NCBI GenBank assembly: GCA_030668825.1
Contig: DAOVET010000083.1
Span: 1-11,533 of the forward strand
Reading direction: 5' to 3'
From: Candidatus Heimdallarchaeota archaeon
GTDB lineage: Archaea > Asgardarchaeota > Heimdallarchaeia > Heimdallarchaeales > Heimdallarchaeaceae
DNA length: 11,533 bases
This document shows, piece by piece, positions 8,564 to 11,533 of this stretch; position 1 is the stretch's first letter, and the number at the start of each line of letters is the position of its first letter. A program made the translations under genes and the position numbers. The notes beneath the pieces are model-generated. The model saw only the letters and a list, made by a program, of their open reading frames with translations. It was not told the origin of the DNA and searched no databases.

Positions 8564-10102
8564 CTAACTGTTTCTAAGAGTAAGTTCCTTTGATTTCTTC
8601 TTCATAAAATATCTCTTAACAAGCAGAACAGCTGCTATAGCAAGTAAGTAACTAACAACCCAAACTGAAACATATGTTTTCTCTGAAATTAAGAGTAATG
8701 GATTATCAATTTCCTGATAAACTATAGGTTCGTCAGTTGTAACTGAAGTTACACCTAATGCCCAGAGTTGCTGAAATCTCGAAGCCATATTCACTGTCCA
8801 GACATTTATGGACACATTATTGTTATAATAATCTCTTAAGACACTATTAGGTTTCTCATGAGCAGAATTAATCATGTCATATCCTGTAGCTTGAAACTCT
8901 TCAGCATTAATATTGTCTGAAAAATCCAGAGAAAGTGCAGTAATTATATCTGGTGCTTGAGCTAATACTAAATCTAACCAATCTCTCTCATATGATGTGA
9001 CCCATATGTGAGAATCATAATCAGCTGCAATTAAAACAGCAAGAGAGATATTAAAGTATTGATCGTAAAAGGGATGTGATTCAGGAGGAGATTTAAAGTC
9101 TACATCTACTAGAAGATTAGCAGATTTGGAATAAATCAAAGCTTCTTCTAAAGTTGGTATTGATGCATTCTGATAGATGGTAAATAGATTTGTTGGAACT
9201 TTATCTTTTGAAATCAAACCATATGGATCTTCTTCCAAAAACCATTCACCCGCATTGAGCTTTTTCAAATCAGTTATATTGAATGAACTAGAAGAATCCT
9301 CTGCTCTTAAAGGAAAAGTTTCTGAAACATTAGTAGTTCTCTGTAATGTCCCATCATGCATTAGGAAAGGTATTCCATCATTACTGATCTGAACATCGAT
9401 TTCCCAGCCATCAGCACCAATCTGGTTGACATACATAGCTGCTGCAATTGTGTTTTCAGGAGCATATCTTGCCCCACCTCGGTGTGCAATTAAAAGAGGT
9501 TTAGGAGGCAATTCCGCCCTTATTACATATACAGGTTGAAATACTAAAGGCATTATCAGTAACCACGAAAAAAATAGAAATGTTCCCACAAGTGGAAGGA
9601 TTCTTTTTGTTTGCGAAATAAATGACTTCTTTGCTGGTTTCTTAAATAAAGCTAGAACTTCATCTGTGAAAGCATATAATAACAAAAGCGAAGCAATGAT
9701 GAGAACAATTGAAATGAAAGGTAAATAGTATTCCAGTACATAGAAAAGAATCACTGCATTTTCTTCAAGAACTACGATTAACCCTACTAATAACCCTATT
9801 ATAAAAATAAGCAAGAAAATACTTAGTATTTTGTTAACAAGTGATGGTCTAATTTCGTATTCTCTTCTAATTTGAATTACATATTTGACAATAAAGAATC
9901 CAGCATAGACCAAGGGGATTAGAAAGATAAGCATCAAGAGAAGAACATAGTTTGTATATACACCAAACAAATCCCCGATAAAATCGTTGAATTCCACATG
10001 CATTGGTCTTAAAAACATGAAGAGTGCTTCTAGAAAAAGAGCACTTATAAAAAGTAAAGAGAAGAATAAAATCCATTTCTTACCATGTAAATGATCTTCC
10101 AT
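8564..10102 (-). CDS. Multi-pass membrane glycerophosphodiester phosphodiesterase (GDPD), six-TM GDE2/GDE3-like architecture (start ATG 10102 or TTG 10111)
   Basis: GDPD catalytic motifs IAHRGG (His at 9482-9484), APENT, GWEIDV, FLMHD.TL.RTT, IPTLEE, DFK, WTVN and GVTSVTTD. Five N-terminal hydrophobic helices and one C-terminal helix followed by a basic tail. Confidence 0.92.
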   Translation of the reverse strand: MEDHLHGKKWILFFSLLFISALFLEALFMFLRPMHVEFNDFIGDLFGVYTNYVLLLMLIFLIPLVYAGFFIVKYVIQIRREYEIRPSLVNKILSIFLLIFIIGLLVGLIVVLEENAVILFYVLEYYLPFISIVLIIASLLLLYAFTDEVLALFKKPAKKSFISQTKRILPLVGTFLFFSWLLIMPLVFQPVYVIRAELPPKPLLIAHRGGARYAPENTIAAAMYVNQIGADGWEIDVQISNDGIPFLMHDGTLQRTTNVSETFPLRAEDSSSSFNITDLKKLNAGEWFLEEDPYGLISKDKVPTNLFTIYQNASIPTLEEALIYSKSANLLVDVDFKSPPESHPFYDQYFNISLAVLIAADYDSHIWVTSYERDWLDLVLAQAPDIITALSLDFSDNINAEEFQATGYDMINSAHEKPNSVLRDYYNNNVSINVWTVNMASRFQQLWALGVTSVTTDEPIVYQEIDNPLLLISEKTYVSVWVVSYLLAIAAVLLVKRYFMKKKSKELTLRNS

Positions 10103-10130
10103 TATTAACAAATATTCCTTCTATCAAACA

Positions 10131-10140
10131 TATATAAAAG
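10131..10140 (-). promoter_or_regulatory. Putative TATA box for the GDPD gene
   Basis: The minus strand reads CTTTTATATA, about 20-29 nt upstream of the candidate starts 10111 and 10102. Confidence 0.45.
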
Positions 10141-10313
10141 TGACTGAATCCCCTATTTGCTCATCAAAATAGCCGATTTTCCTATAACTGCATAAAATCT
10201 ATCAATCTTGAGTTATGTGCAATTTTCTTTTATTATTTCTCGTTCAAACTAAAACTTAAATGTAACTCTTTTTTACTAAAGTCATACCTTATAAAGGGAT
10301 GTTTTTTTAGTTT

Positions 10314-10344
10314 AGTTCTAGGAAACTTTCTTAAATGCTCTTGC
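10314..10344 (+). repeat. Upstream element copy 1 (BRE/TATA-like), shared by the two paralogous membrane genes
   Basis: AGTTCTAGGAA-ACTTTC-TTAAAT-GCTCTTGC here versus AGTTCTAGGAA-TATAT-TTAAAT-TCTTTTGC at 10990-11019. The first 11 nt are identical. Confidence 0.6.
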
Positions 10345-10384
10345 TTGTTATTAATTGAAATCTAAACTGAAGGTATTTACATTT

Positions 10385-10867
10385 ATGAATGAAGAAAAAC
10401 TAAATGAAGTAGGAGCATTAACAGAAGTAGATTCCAAAGATTTAACAAAGAAAAAGATTAGAAATAAAATTACTCTTGTTTATTATTATTTGATACAGTT
10501 TGCTTTCTTAGTATTTTCAAGCCTAGTAGGAGTAGCATTTGGTTTGTACAGTAGATCAACTGCTACCTATCCCTATAGTGTTTTTCCAGAGAGATATATC
10601 TATGGACCAATAATATTGGCAATAACTCATGGAGGAAATTTGGGTTTATCTTTCCAACTAAGTAGAAAAAAAAGGTTGATATTGAAAAAGAGTGAACCTA
10701 AGGAATTAGCACTTCCTTATATATATCCGGCGATTTTTCTAAATATAATCCTGTCAACGATAAGTCTGTTTGCAACACATAATTTAGTACTCAATGGAAG
10801 CATATTCACTATTAGTACATTGTATGGAGTTTATGATAAAAAGGACTTGAATATTAAGAAAATCTAG
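10385..10867 (+). CDS. Hypothetical membrane protein (about 3-4 TM), paralog A
   Basis: The ORF track starts at TTG 10355, but ATG 10385 (MNEEKLNEVG) aligns with the start of the downstream paralog. Hydrophobic segments are flanked by Lys-rich patches. Full-length similarity to paralog B supports coding status. Confidence 0.8.
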   Translation: MNEEKLNEVGALTEVDSKDLTKKKIRNKITLVYYYLIQFAFLVFSSLVGVAFGLYSRSTATYPYSVFPERYIYGPIILAITHGGNLGLSFQLSRKKRLILKKSEPKELALPYIYPAIFLNIILSTISLFATHNLVLNGSIFTISTLYGVYDKKDLNIKKI

Positions 10868-10879
10868 GTATGAATAAGA

Positions 10880-11023
10880 ATGCATAAACATGAATAACTT
10901 GTTTGGGAAATAACATTAGACTCGAATCAAGGACTAAAATACTACTCTAAAGGTGATTTAACTAATGCAAGAAAATGCTTTGTTACACAAGTTCTAGGAA
11001 TATATTTAAATTCTTTTGCGTAA
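10880..11023 (+). pseudogene. Possible decayed gene fragment containing one TPR-like helix pair
   Basis: The frame from ATG 10880 reads MHKHE*LVWEITLDSNQGLKYYSKGDLTNARKCFVTQVLGIYLNSFA*, with an in-frame TAA at 10895-10897. 'QGLKYYSKGDLTNARKCF' fits the TPR pattern G..Y...G....A...F. It is short and could be chance. Confidence 0.2.
10990..11019 (+). repeat. Upstream element copy 2 (BRE/TATA-like)
   Basis: AGTTCTAGGAATATATTTAAATTCTTTTGC matches 10314-10344 with one indel and contains TATTTAAA after a purine-rich AGGAA. Confidence 0.6.
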
Positions 11024-11091
11024 TAAATAAGTGAATCATAAATATTTGATAATTGATGATTAAGTAAAACTCGATGTAAATCAAGGAGTTG

Positions 11092-11533
11092 ATGAAGATA
11101 AACGAAAACCAATTAGAGGAAGTTGGAGGTTTAGTAGATGTTAATCCAAATGACATAAAGAAGAAAAAAGGAAAGAAACTTCATGGATATCTAATTCATT
11201 ATCTTGTTCAAGTTTTTGTGCTTCTCCTATCCTCTCTGATGGGTTATCTTTTTGTATTATGGGAGCACTCAGATAGGAGTGGTTATCCATACACATCATT
11301 CAATCCTTTTCTTAGACATACACATCTAGGCCCAATCAGTCTTCTAACTTTGCATGGAGGAAATGCAGCTCACAGCTATTTTCATAAAAAGAGATATAAT
11401 CTCAGTTTTGTTGAAGTTTATCCTGCAATATTTGTCAATCTTATAATCTCTTTCATCAGTTTTTTTATGATTTTTAACGCATTATATCAAGAACCAATAT
11501 TCTATGGTATACCTTTGTATGGTGTATTCAATA
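11092..11533 (+). CDS. Hypothetical membrane protein, paralog B (cut by the right window edge)
   Basis: Not in the ORF track. AAGGAG SD, then ATG 11092: MKINENQLEEVGGLVDVNPNDIKKKKGKKLHGYLIHYLVQVFVLLLSSLMGYLFVLWEHSDRSGYPYTSFNPFLRHTHLGPISLLTLHGGNAAHSYFHKKRYNLSFVEVYPAIFVNLIISFISFFMIFNALYQEPIFYGIPLYGVFN, open to the end and collinear with paralog A. Confidence 0.85.
   Translation, partial: MKINENQLEEVGGLVDVNPNDIKKKKGKKLHGYLIHYLVQVFVLLLSSLMGYLFVLWEHSDRSGYPYTSFNPFLRHTHLGPISLLTLHGGNAAHSYFHKKRYNLSFVEVYPAIFVNLIISFISFFMIFNALYQEPIFYGIPLYGVFN

Noticed and set aside
9177-10076. ORFs 9177-9392 (+) and 9867-10076 (-, alternate frame, Cys-rich)
   Set aside because: Both are nested in the GDPD gene. The Cys richness is an off-frame effect of hydrophobic TM codons.
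10865-10873. TAG read-through (pyrrolysine) of paralog A
   Set aside because: The in-frame TGA two codons later (TAG GTA TGA) leaves nothing to extend.
10112-11091. CRISPR array, DGR template repeat or tRNA in the intergenic regions around the paralogs
   Set aside because: No regularly spaced repeats, no near-identical adenine-variable repeat pair, no reverse transcriptase and no cloverleaf or T-loop motif were seen.

Overview
AT-rich window of a prokaryotic chromosome that looks archaeal, possibly Asgard/Heimdallarchaeia-like. This is inferred from BRE/TATA-type promoters about 22-29 nt upstream of several starts, a long TPR protein and an orphan soluble PAS histidine kinase; there is no marker gene in the window. 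Ten genes are supported. On the minus strand: a partial iron-sulfur flavoprotein (missed by the ORF track), a QueG/reductive-dehalogenase-like 2x[4Fe-4S] protein, a DUF169 protein and a TPR protein. On the plus strand: an HD-superfamily protein and a PAS histidine kinase. On the minus strand again: a GPH/MFS_2 transporter and a membrane glycerophosphodiester phosphodiesterase (GDPD). At the right end, on the plus strand: two tandem paralogous membrane proteins of unknown function, the second partial and missed by the ORF track. The standout is the GDPD. It has the 5TM + catalytic domain + 1TM layout, motifs and apparently the N-glycosylation sequons of the animal six-TM GDE2/GDE3/GDE6 GPI-anchor-cleaving enzymes, and it lies next to an MFS_2 transporter. 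No rRNA, tRNA, CRISPR array or mobile element was seen.
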